From an uncultured Candidatus Saccharibacteria bacterium (GTDB lineage Bacteria > Patescibacteriota > Minisyncoccia > Phycocordibacterales > UBA918): a stretch of DNA of 64,000 nt. The stretch spans positions 3,949 through 67,948 of the forward strand of contig CAZKFF010000007.1 of NCBI GenBank assembly GCA_964552045.1. Reading direction: 5' to 3'. Within the stretch, counting starts at the first letter, position 1. Each line of letters starts with the position of its first letter. Of the stretch, positions 1-8,387 are shown piece after piece. The notes under the pieces are model-generated. The model did not search any database and was not told the DNA's origin. It worked only from the letters and a program-made list of their open reading frames with translations. The position numbers and the translations under genes were made by a program.

Positions 1-405
1 ACGTTTTACTTCTGTGTTTTCCTGTGCAGTGAACGGGTCGAGACGTTCCATAAGCTGCTGCACCTGCAGCACCGTCCCCACACCAGCGAGAAAAAATGCA
101 GTGATCCACGTTATACCGAGTACCAGAAGGAGCGAAAGCCGCAGAAAATGCCTGCCTTCAACGAGACTCCTTCCGATGAGGAAGCAGACAAAGAACGGTA
201 TGAAAATGAAGATGAAGAATGCTGTTGCGGCGATCACCCCTTCCGGATTGAAGACCATATCGCGCAGAAAGCGCTGAACAGTATCCGGGAACAGCGTATC
301 CGCCGAGAATAAAACCAGCATGTACGCAACAGCTAACAGACCCATGCCAAAACTGCCGACAAGCATCAGGAGAGTTCCTATTACTTTGGTGAGTATGGAT
401 TCCAT
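1..405 (-). CDS. Hypothetical membrane protein, runs off the left edge of the window
   Basis: Read manually: ATG at 405, open to position 1 (MESILTKVIGTLLMLVGSFGMGLLAVAYMLVLFS...), about 3 hydrophobic segments. Confidence 0.7.
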   Translation of the reverse strand, partial: MESILTKVIGTLLMLVGSFGMGLLAVAYMLVLFSADTLFPDTVQRFLRDMVFNPEGVIAATAFFIFIFIPFFVCFLIGRSLVEGRHFLRLSLLLVLGITWITAFFLAGVGTVLQVQQLMERLDPFTAQENTEVKR

Positions 406-434
406 CGCCCTATTGTGGCTTTTCTTGCGGAAAA

Positions 435-884
435 TTACAATTTGTCCGCACGCGCCTGCAGATCAGTACATACGTGTGCGAACATATCTCTGGCGTGCGC
501 AAAGGAGAGCTTCCTTTGGGCCTCTTCCGGGGTGAACCATCCCGCTTCCCGCACTTCATCCTCTTGAATGCTGAAATCAGCATCTTGGACAATACCAAGA
601 TAATACTGCACCTGCTTTCTGATGAGGAGATCCCCATAGACATAAGAATACTCCTGCGTATATATGTGGTCCGCAAGAAGCTCAGCTGGCTCCATACCCG
701 TCTCTTCATGCAGTTCACGCACTGCGGTCTCCTGTGGAGATTCGCCCTCTTCGGGATGCCCTTTGGGGAACGTCCAATAGACATCGCCCGCGCTTCCGTA
801 CTGATTGATGAGGAATACCCTCCACCCCTGTGTATCCCTCAACACCGGTATGACACCGTATGAGACATCATCTTTTGTTTCCAT
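435..884 (-). CDS. NUDIX hydrolase (Ap4A hydrolase-like)
   Basis: Nudix box GHPEEGESPQETAVRELHEETG; N-terminal SYGVIP. Confidence 0.9.
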   Translation of the reverse strand: METKDDVSYGVIPVLRDTQGWRVFLINQYGSAGDVYWTFPKGHPEEGESPQETAVRELHEETGMEPAELLADHIYTQEYSYVYGDLLIRKQVQYYLGIVQDADFSIQEDEVREAGWFTPEEAQRKLSFAHARDMFAHVCTDLQARADKL

Positions 885-937
885 ACCGTTAGTATACAGC
901 GCGCACAGATACGAGCGAATGCTACAATATTTCCATC

Positions 938-1663
938 ATGCGGAAGCACAGGAAGAATGCATTTTTTGAGATCGAAGACGCTCTGGAAGATCCCCGATCA
1001 AAATTCTTTACCGTAGCCAATGACATCCTTGCATGCGTAACGCTTGTCTCTGTCGGTTCGATAATTCTGGAAACGGTTCCGTCACTTTCTGCGTACGGCC
1101 CAGTATTTCAAAGCATAGAGTACATCGCAACCGGACTCTTTACCTGTGAGTACTTCCTGCGTCTGCATCGGGCTAAGCGTAAAACCGGCTACATATTCAG
1201 CTTTTTCGGCATTATTGATCTGCTGGCGATTCTTCCGACCTACCTCGGATTAGGAAACTTCACTTTTTTGAAGACCGCGCGCGCTTTGCGTATTGTCCGG
1301 CTGCTGCGGATGATCCGTCTGGCGAAGCTGGCAAAATTACGGAAAAAAGATGGGATGTCGTCGCTCTACCTTCTCAATATCCAGATTTATGCGATCACGT
1401 TGTTCACGGCGACATTGTTCCTTGGCGCGCTGTTCTATATCTTTGAAGGCACTGAAGCATACGCGCAGGATATCCCATCGGCGATGTTCTGGGTGTTCAA
1501 GACCATACTCGGCGGCATCTCAATGCCCCAGCCGCAGACTACCGGAGGCGCGGTCATCCAGATACTCGCCCGTTTCTGCAGCACGCTTCTGCTGGGGCTC
1601 ATGCTCACTCTCGTTGCCACCATGATGCGCAAGCTATTGACCGGTTCGGAGAAGGATGCGTGA
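938..1663 (+). CDS. Ion transporter, voltage-gated K+ channel-like 6TM protein
   Basis: IIDLLAILP and S4-like ARALRIVRLLRMIRLAKL; the pore region lacks the canonical TVGYG. Confidence 0.8.
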   Translation: MRKHRKNAFFEIEDALEDPRSKFFTVANDILACVTLVSVGSIILETVPSLSAYGPVFQSIEYIATGLFTCEYFLRLHRAKRKTGYIFSFFGIIDLLAILPTYLGLGNFTFLKTARALRIVRLLRMIRLAKLAKLRKKDGMSSLYLLNIQIYAITLFTATLFLGALFYIFEGTEAYAQDIPSAMFWVFKTILGGISMPQPQTTGGAVIQILARFCSTLLLGLMLTLVATMMRKLLTGSEKDA

Positions 1664-1856
1664 GGCCAGCGCCGGTCTTTGGGCATAGATTGCTCTGTAC
1701 CATCAAGCGCAGGTTTTTAAGTCGCTGCACTCCCAAGACTGGATTTGAAACTTACAGTTTCAGGACAGGTCGTGGCTCTTTTGAAAAAGGAGCCACGACC
1801 TCTTCAAATTCAGAGACCAACACAAAAAGTCCGGCTTTATGCCGGACTTTTTGTGT

Positions 1857-1943
1857 TGGTGCCCAAGACTGGATTTGAACCAGCATGCCCTTGCGGGCGC
1901 TACCACCTCAAGGTAGTGCGTCTACCAATTTCGCCACCTGGGC
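1857..1943 (-). tRNA. tRNA-Leu (GAG)
   Basis: Reverse strand GCCCAGGTGGCGAAATTGGTAGACGCACTACCTTGAGGTGGTAG...GGTTCAAATCCAGTCTTGGGCACCA; long variable arm, encoded CCA. Confidence 0.95.
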
Positions 1944-2003
1944 AATCACCTTTTGTGAGGTCGCGCTATTATGCATGATGTACGCTCTTAATTCAAGCGG
2001 CAG

Positions 2004-2038
2004 AACAAAACACCGGCACGCTGTGCCGGTGTTTTGTT
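2004..2038. terminator. Intrinsic terminator hairpin downstream of rplS
   Basis: aacaaaacaccggcac-gct-gtgccggtgttttgtt. Confidence 0.75.
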
Positions 2039-2043
2039 CCCAG

Positions 2044-2649
2044 TTAGTCTTTCTTCTCTTCTGCAGCAGTTTCCGCAACCGGAGCTTCAGGAGCGCTTTC
2101 TGTTTCCTTCGGAGCTTCCGCTTCAGCCTGTGTTGCCGCTTCTGCAGCTTTCGCTGCCGCTTCAGCCTCGGCTGCCTCCTTCTGTGCTCGTTCTTCGGCA
2201 ATCTTCGCTTCTGCCTCTTCGGCGGCTTTTGCAGCCGCTTCAGCTTTCGCTGCCTCTTCCATTCCTGATTCCGTCGACATTGAAACGAGGTTCATGCGGC
2301 GCATCTGTCGCTTGATCTCACGAGCAACCTTCTCACGGATGTAGTACAGCTTTGCTCGACGTACCTTCGCGCGTTTGACGATCTCGATCTTGTCGATGTT
2401 CGGAGAATACAGCGGATAGATCTTCTCAACGCCGACGCCGCTTGCGACCTTGCGTACCGTGAATGTGGCACCTGCCTCAGAGCCGTGCTTTCGGGCGAGG
2501 ACAGTGCCTTCGAAGATCTGGATGCGGGTCTTTCCCTTGTCCTGGATCTTCTGGTGAACACGCACAGTATCTCCGGCCTTAAGCCCAAGGTCCTTGCGGT
2601 CGTTCATATTTACTGGAGAAATACTGATCCCCGTGAGTGTTGTGTTCAT
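2044..2649 (-). CDS. rplS: 50S ribosomal protein L19 with Ala/Glu-rich C-terminal extension
   Basis: GDTVRVHQKI...RIQIFEGTVLARK...FTVRKVASGVGVEKIYP...VRRAKLYYIR; start trimmed from the ORF track to MNTTLTG. Confidence 0.95.
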   Translation of the reverse strand: MNTTLTGISISPVNMNDRKDLGLKAGDTVRVHQKIQDKGKTRIQIFEGTVLARKHGSEAGATFTVRKVASGVGVEKIYPLYSPNIDKIEIVKRAKVRRAKLYYIREKVAREIKRQMRRMNLVSMSTESGMEEAAKAEAAAKAAEEAEAKIAEERAQKEAAEAEAAAKAAEAATQAEAEAPKETESAPEAPVAETAAEEKKD

Positions 2650-2695
2650 ATAAATAAAAATAGCGCTGTTAAGCCCGCGTACTTTACCACAGGGT

Positions 2696-3430
2696 TCATT
2701 CATCTGCAATACGTTCGGCAGCCTCTTCAAATGCCTGGGGCAACGGCGCAATAAAGCGCTGTAATCCACCTTCCTGCAGTTCAATTTCAAGCGCATGCGC
2801 GTGGAGCGCAAGCCTGTTGAACTGCAAATTGTTCGACCGCGACATCTCCGCTTTCGCGTAAAGCGCGTCTCCGACAATCGGCCGACCGATGGCCTGCAGA
2901 TGGACCCGGATCTGATGCGTACGGCCGGTTTTCGGTGTGAGCTTCATATATGAGAATGCCTCCCCTTCGAAACGTCCGGTACCGATGCATTCCCAGTTGG
3001 TCACCGATTCACGCAAAAGTCCGCGTGCGCCGTGCTGCGCCGACCGGAGACGGAAATCTTTTGTACTGCGGCCGATCGGGCGGTCTATGGTCCCCCACCG
3101 CTCCCGCACTGCGCCATACACAAACGCGCGGTATTCTTTTTTGGCCAAACGGTCATGGAATTGGCGTTTGAGGTGCGCGAACGTATCCTGATCTTTCGCG
3201 AGGATCATTACCCCCGAGGTTTCTTTGTCCAGACGGTGCACTACGCCCGAACGCTCCAGTTCCTCCCCTTTCTGCGAAAGCTGAGGCTCGCCGACACCCT
3301 TCGCCTCCGGACAGTGCTGCAAGAACCAGTCCACCACGGTCGTTTCGTTTGAATGCCCGGTGTTATGCACCATAAGGCCTTCGGGCTTATTGATGACAAC
3401 TGCATGCTCATTCTCAAAAAGAATATCCAT
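2696..3430 (-). CDS. RluA-family pseudouridine synthase
   Basis: INKPEGLMVH, HRLDKETSG, TGRTHQIRVH, ALHAHAL. Confidence 0.95.
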   Translation of the reverse strand: MDILFENEHAVVINKPEGLMVHNTGHSNETTVVDWFLQHCPEAKGVGEPQLSQKGEELERSGVVHRLDKETSGVMILAKDQDTFAHLKRQFHDRLAKKEYRAFVYGAVRERWGTIDRPIGRSTKDFRLRSAQHGARGLLRESVTNWECIGTGRFEGEAFSYMKLTPKTGRTHQIRVHLQAIGRPIVGDALYAKAEMSRSNNLQFNRLALHAHALEIELQEGGLQRFIAPLPQAFEEAAERIADE

Positions 3431-3448
3431 AATATGTATGTGCGCAAT

Positions 3449-3721
3449 TTAGAAAAGTATTGAAAAATCGTCTGCAATTTTCCTGGCGGTCCGCCAATCC
3501 ACCGACACCGCATCCACTTTTGACTGGAGCGATCCCTCGTGAAGATGTTCCACCAACTCCTTCAGCGTATCCGGCAATCCTTGGGCGCAAACCTCGACCG
3601 TACCATCCGGAAGATTGCGCACCCACCCGGTCAGGCCCAGCTGCGTTGCAGCAGTCTGTACATAATCCCGATACCGGACGTTCTGAACGGCACCGCTTAC
3701 AATGCAGTGGATTTCCATCAT
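3449..3721 (-). CDS. acyP: Acylphosphatase
   Basis: VSGAVQNVRYR...LGLTGWVRNLPDGTVEVCAQG; start trimmed to MMEIHC. Confidence 0.9.
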   Translation of the reverse strand: MMEIHCIVSGAVQNVRYRDYVQTAATQLGLTGWVRNLPDGTVEVCAQGLPDTLKELVEHLHEGSLQSKVDAVSVDWRTARKIADDFSILF

Positions 3722-3762
3722 CGTATGTGAGTATACATCAAATCTCCCGCCCTGCACCGCCA

Positions 3763-3790
3763 TTGAAAATATTTTAAAAACAGGTACTAT
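3763..3790 (+). promoter_or_regulatory. Sigma70-type promoter upstream of the tRNA-Val region
   Basis: TTGAAA (3763-3768), 16 nt AT-rich spacer, TACTAT (3785-3790). Confidence 0.55.
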
Positions 3791-3912
3791 GTTGCGTACT
3801 TGCGCGATTAGCTCAGTTGGTGGAGGTGAGGAAGTCTGGGAGACTTTCGAAACGTTTACACCTGTAAACGAGCTGCTCACGCGGGAGTTACAGATACAAT
3901 TTCATAATCCAT

Positions 3913-3985
3913 GCGCGATTAGCTCAGTTGGTAGAGCAGCTCGTTTACACCGAGAAGGTCGGGAGTTCAAGTCTCTCATCGCGCA
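3913..3985 (+). tRNA. tRNA-Val (TAC)
   Basis: GCGCGATTAGCTCAGTTGGTAGAGCAGCTCGTTTACACCGAGAAGGTCGGGAGTTCAAGTCTCTCATCGCGCA; CCA not encoded. Confidence 0.95.
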
Positions 3986-4177
3986 CAACGGGAAATGCCG
4001 TCAGCTTCTACTGGTGGCATTTTACATTTGAGCCAGAGACTCAAAAGATGTACAGACTCTGTAAGAATCAAGTCTCTCATCGCGTCGCCCACCACTAGTT
4101 TTGCAGGCTCTGTTCTTTACTTTTCGCCATATCAGGCGCTATGATGATGCCAGTTATCTGTACACGGGGAGGAAGAG

Positions 4178-4333
4178 ATGACTTTTGGCGACGCCGTGCG
4201 CTTTTGGCGGAATTGCACGGTGAATGAGCTCATACTGCTTGAGCACCTGTTTGCGCAACGAAAGGCGAGACGCGAAAAGGAGCGCGCCCGCAAAGAGCTG
4301 CAAAAGCAAGCTACCGCTATGCAGCTCCTATAA
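4178..4333 (+). CDS. Putative small basic protein (51 aa)
   Basis: GGAGG precedes ATG; MTFGDAVRFWRNCTVNELILLEHLFAQRKARREKERARKELQKQATAMQLL. Confidence 0.35.
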   Translation: MTFGDAVRFWRNCTVNELILLEHLFAQRKARREKERARKELQKQATAMQLL

Positions 4334-4488
4334 GAAAGAGGCACTACCCACACACGAGCACCGGAATCCGGTGCTCGATTTGCTATGGAATTGCGCTAAA
4401 GTTTTGTAGAGTTTCCATAAACCCCGGTATCTGCTATCGTAGGTCCGAACACGGCGCTGTGTTCGTTCAGGCGCTGCGTTCAGAGTTT

Positions 4489-4560
4489 GCCCCTGTAGTT
4501 AAATGGATATAACTGCGGACTTCTAAGCCGTTATTCGAGGTTCGATTCCTCGCGGGGGCA
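4489..4560 (+). tRNA. tRNA-Arg (TCT)
   Basis: GCCCCTGTAGTTAAATGGATATAACTGCGGACTTCTAAGCCGTTATTCGAGGTTCGATTCCTCGCGGGGGCA. Confidence 0.9.
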
Positions 4561-4712
4561 CAGATACTGAAGAGCTGGCCTTGTGCCGCAATTCACTCAA
4601 ATACCCTTGGGGCTGATACGCAGACCGCCAGAGCGCGGATACGGCATGCGGCTTTCTTAAAGAAAAACCCCGCCAGCATAAGAGCCAGCGGGGCAATGCG
4701 CAGGGGTGTGCA

Positions 4713-5780
4713 TCAGACTGATTGGACACGCCACTGCATCGGTACTTCCTGCCGGAACGGCACGACCTGATTATCACCGAAGTCATATGACGATTCTGCC
4801 GACCAGGTGTGTCGGGCGAGCCTGACGCTGCCCTCATTGCGAGGCAGTTCGTAAAACTCGGCACCGAAACGCGAGGAGAAACCATCAAGCCGGTAGAGCC
4901 GGTCGACTGAATCGAACGCCTCGGCATAGAGCTCGATCGCGGCGTGAGCAGTGAAGCACCCGGCACATCCGCAGTCGCACTCCTTCGCCTTCCCTGCCTC
5001 ACCCTGTTGCGGATGCGGCGCAGAGTCGGTTCCCAGAAAGAAGCGGGTGTTGCCGGAGACTGCTGCCGAAAGCAGAGCCTGTCGGTCTTCTTCGGCCTTC
5101 AGGATCGGCTTACAGAACGCATGCGGCCGCAGATGTCCCCCGAGCAGATAGTTCCGGTTCACAAGCAGATGCTGCGCAGTCATAGTGGCGCCGAGCCGCA
5201 GATGGTTCGGCGCCCGTTCGATCATTTCTACGGCAGCCTTTGTCGTGATGTGCTCGCAGCTCACGCGGAGCCTCGAGAACGTCGATGTGATCCAGAGGAA
5301 CGCTTCGCCGTAAAAGATCGACTCACGTTCGAATACATCGTCATTGGTATCAGCAGATTCACCATGAATGAGAAGCGGCATGTCCACTTCTTCCATGGCG
5401 CGCAGCTGCTCCTCTACATCCTGCACCCGCACGACGCCGCCTTCCGAGTTGGTGGTAGCTCCAGCGGGATACATCTTGATGCCGTGAATGAACCCGGATC
5501 GCTTCGCTTCCCTGATAGTGTCCGGGCTCATCGTGGTCTGGAGGTAGAGTGTCATAAGCGGCGTAAAATCCGCTCCGCTCGGTACTGCAGCCATGATCCG
5601 GTCGCGGTACCGTGCCGCCTCATCGACTGTACGGATGTACGGTATAGTATTCGGCATCACGATAGCGCGGCCAAACTGCCGAGCGGTGAACGGCACCACT
5701 GACGCGAGTCTACCGTCCTGGCGAAAATGCACGTGCATATCATCTGGACGACCGATGGTTATCTCTTCTTGTGCTGACAC
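4713..5780 (-). CDS. pyrC: Dihydroorotase, E. coli-type (homodimeric)
   Basis: RPDDMHVHFR, KMYPAGATTNS, HGE, EHITT, FCKPILK, GTDSAPH. Confidence 0.95.
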   Translation of the reverse strand: MSAQEEITIGRPDDMHVHFRQDGRLASVVPFTARQFGRAIVMPNTIPYIRTVDEAARYRDRIMAAVPSGADFTPLMTLYLQTTMSPDTIREAKRSGFIHGIKMYPAGATTNSEGGVVRVQDVEEQLRAMEEVDMPLLIHGESADTNDDVFERESIFYGEAFLWITSTFSRLRVSCEHITTKAAVEMIERAPNHLRLGATMTAQHLLVNRNYLLGGHLRPHAFCKPILKAEEDRQALLSAAVSGNTRFFLGTDSAPHPQQGEAGKAKECDCGCAGCFTAHAAIELYAEAFDSVDRLYRLDGFSSRFGAEFYELPRNEGSVRLARHTWSAESSYDFGDNQVVPFRQEVPMQWRVQSV

Positions 5781-5794
5781 AATGCTCTCCTTAG

Positions 5795-6694
5795 TCAGTT
5801 GAGGTAGATTTCGAGACGGTTACCGGTATTCTGGTCGAGCAGCGTCTCCCAGAAATGTCCCGGGTGACCCATCCAGAACGGGAGCGAAGTCATTTGCACG
5901 GCCTTCGCTCCCGCGTCGAGAAAGTCGGCGACATCGTTGCCCGTAGTGATGCCGCCGACGCCGATGACGTCGATCTGCGAAATCAGATGTTGCCGGAACT
6001 GAATAACTTGTCCGAGCGCGATCTGCTTGAGTGCCGGACCGGAAAGCCCGGCGAGGCCGCCCATCGGCGAGATCGCGTCTGTGCCGACATATGCGTTCGG
6101 GAACGTATTGCAGGATACGACCGCCCTGATTGCTGCTCCGGCCGTATTGACGACCGCAGCAACTTCCTTCAGCAGACCGGGGTCCGAGTACGGTGAGAAC
6201 TTCACCCAGATCGGCACCCTGACTGATGTGTTGAGGCGCGCACAGAGCGTCTCAAGCGAGCGAAGATCGAATGACATGATCTTGCCGTGCTCGGTATTCG
6301 GACAGCCGAAGTTGAGTTCAATGGCCTTGACGCTCTTAATGGCGAAGACCTCTGCGCCCGCGACATAGTCGTCGACGCTGAAGCCCGCAACCGAAGCGAT
6401 GAGTGGCTGTTCGCCCTGGTATGCAGCGAGTTCGTATGCCGCCGGCGCAAAACCCATGTTCGGCATCCCGAACGAGTTGAGCCCGTACCCTATGCGACGC
6501 AACTCCTCCTGCGTATCGGGATAGAAGAGCCGATCGCCCTTGTTGCCCTCACGCTTCAAAGGCGTATACGATCCTGAAACCACCGGAGCGACAGTAAGCC
6601 ATTCTCTGGCCGCTTGGGGAGACTTGCAGACGCCTGCACCGATCATGATCGGAGCAGACGGCAGAGAAATACCACCGACACTGTATGTGTGCAT
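5795..6694 (-). CDS. pyrD: Dihydroorotate dehydrogenase, class 1 (1A-like)
   Basis: NSFGMPN, ELNFGCPNT (catalytic Cys), VKFSPY, CNTF, GLSG, IGVGGI. Confidence 0.9.
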   Translation of the reverse strand: MHTYSVGGISLPSAPIMIGAGVCKSPQAAREWLTVAPVVSGSYTPLKREGNKGDRLFYPDTQEELRRIGYGLNSFGMPNMGFAPAAYELAAYQGEQPLIASVAGFSVDDYVAGAEVFAIKSVKAIELNFGCPNTEHGKIMSFDLRSLETLCARLNTSVRVPIWVKFSPYSDPGLLKEVAAVVNTAGAAIRAVVSCNTFPNAYVGTDAISPMGGLAGLSGPALKQIALGQVIQFRQHLISQIDVIGVGGITTGNDVADFLDAGAKAVQMTSLPFWMGHPGHFWETLLDQNTGNRLEIYLN

Positions 6695-6921
6695 CGTGAT
6701 TGTACCTTTCTATTGTTGAAGGACATGCATACCTCTGCGGTATGGTACTGGAGCGTACTATATAGAAAACGGAGCAATTTACAATATTGGATATCAGATC
6801 TGCAATGATGACCATCTGCATGCATGTATGTGATGCGCATATGAAAAGTCGCGCACGAATCTCCCTGCAAAACAGGTCACTGGCGCGATGCCCATTGTGT
6901 TCTCACAAGAAACCGGGCCGA

Positions 6922-7335
6922 TCAGTGGGACAATACCGCTGAAGAAGTGCCTATTTCCTGCCCTGCTTCTGCATCGCCCGTGTCCCCCTCAGACGAAGTC
7001 GCTGTCTGCGTATCGGGAACATTCTCTGGCGGAACGATGCTGTCCCTGAGCTCCTCAAGCGCACGCGCACGTTCGCCATAGGCTGTAAGCGTCTTCTGCA
7101 CAAGCTCCTGGTTGTAGTGCGTGCCGATCTCCTCCGAACTTCCTCCCTCGACAGTGATGTTTCTATACGTGACAAATGTGTGGGCGCTCTGCGCGACGCC
7201 CAGAAGTACAAGCATGCAAAAGAAGGAGAGCCCCAGAAGCCAATCTCGCACCGGATAGATCAGACGCTTGTCAAATGACACATTCGATTGCGCCAACGCT
7301 GAGAGCGGTGTGAGGATGTTTTTTTTATTTATCAT
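6922..7335 (-). CDS. Hypothetical membrane-anchored protein at the end of the pilMNO cluster
   Basis: One TM segment after RDW; overlaps the stop of the pilO-like gene. Confidence 0.7.
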   Translation of the reverse strand: MINKKNILTPLSALAQSNVSFDKRLIYPVRDWLLGLSFFCMLVLLGVAQSAHTFVTYRNITVEGGSSEEIGTHYNQELVQKTLTAYGERARALEELRDSIVPPENVPDTQTATSSEGDTGDAEAGQEIGTSSAVLSH

Positions 7336-7846
7336 GATTGAGAAGCGCTACACTCAGGGCGATGGTGCTTTTTACTGAACCATCCGTTTCGCGGGAAAAT
7401 GATAATGACTGCACGGTACTGTGGTACGGCAGCGACTCCAGTATGCGCAACATGCGCTTCACCGGCTCCTCTTCCCCCTCCACCGAAAATGAGATGAGGA
7501 GGTTGCTGAATGTCGTTTTTTTCTCGTCGACTTCGAGCGAGACCGTATCCAACGCGACGCCGAGCTGTGCACCCAAGGCTTCCATATCAGTAAGGAACCG
7601 GCTCGTCTGATCTTCAGTGAGTACATACTGCTGCAACTGGGCCCGCTCCTCCTGAGTGTCCGCCATGAGCTGCGACAGTTCCGTGTACGCTTTCACCTGC
7701 GCGTTATTGTCGGCGATAGCGGCAATACGCTCTTTCAGGGTTGCACCTGAGATCGAGACCTCGTAGAGCATCAATGCAATGACAACAGATGCTGCCAAAA
7801 GGTAGACCAACGAAAGTATGCCGATAATGAATGTCTTGCGTGTCAT
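7325..7846 (-). CDS. Type IV pilus assembly protein, PilO-like
   Basis: N-terminal TM, coiled coil, C-terminal LRILESLPYH; position after pilM-pilN. Confidence 0.7.
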   Translation of the reverse strand: MTRKTFIIGILSLVYLLAASVVIALMLYEVSISGATLKERIAAIADNNAQVKAYTELSQLMADTQEERAQLQQYVLTEDQTSRFLTDMEALGAQLGVALDTVSLEVDEKKTTFSNLLISFSVEGEEEPVKRMLRILESLPYHSTVQSLSFSRETDGSVKSTIALSVALLNHDK

Positions 7847-7847
7847 A

Positions 7848-8384
7848 TTATTCGCTCTGCTGTGGGGTTATGGTTATGGAAAATTCAATATCACTGTCCT
7901 TGGCGAGGTTTGACAGCGGCAGATCGGCGGTCTTGAACATCTCATGCGCTTCGATCGCATCACGGAAAGTGGTAAGCGCCAGACGCGTCTGCGCAACGCC
8001 GTGTATGACAATGGGTTGCAATTCCTTTTTCTCAACAGCCACTGAAAAGTCGGTTATCGTCACTTCCGCGTGCGTCAGCCCCTCAAGCGTTGTGATGATC
8101 TCCAAAAGCGGCGTTCTTTGTTCTGCTGCAAGCAATTGTGCTATTTCATTCGCACGGACAACCTCCCGTTCAGATTCCTGGAAAGATTTACTTTCAAGAT
8201 TCGCCTGCATGAATTCCGGCAGGAATGCGCTCAGCTGGCTGCGGATGAGCACATATACCGGCACATTGAGAAGTGCAGTGATGACGCATGCGGTTGCAAG
8301 GAGCATCATCCACACTGATACCACGCGTATCCAATATTCGCGTTTGACCTGATGCTGTGCGGTTGGAGGAATGAGATTAATCAT
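7848..8384 (-). CDS. pilN: Type IV pilus assembly protein, PilN-like
   Basis: MINLIP N-terminal motif, one TM, IHGVAQTR...FSITI. Confidence 0.8.
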   Translation of the reverse strand: MINLIPPTAQHQVKREYWIRVVSVWMMLLATACVITALLNVPVYVLIRSQLSAFLPEFMQANLESKSFQESEREVVRANEIAQLLAAEQRTPLLEIITTLEGLTHAEVTITDFSVAVEKKELQPIVIHGVAQTRLALTTFRDAIEAHEMFKTADLPLSNLAKDSDIEFSITITPQQSE

Positions 8385-8387
8385 AGG

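Noticed and set aside
2650-2877. N-terminal extension of L19 given by the ORF track (similarly the long starts for pilM, polA, ruvB, yfiH, acyP)
   Set aside because: The extensions overlap neighbouring genes or promoters and lack family similarity; starts were trimmed.
3802-3885. A second functional tRNA-Val or an intron-split tRNA
   Set aside because: No T-arm or acceptor 3' strand, and an intact tRNA follows at 3913.
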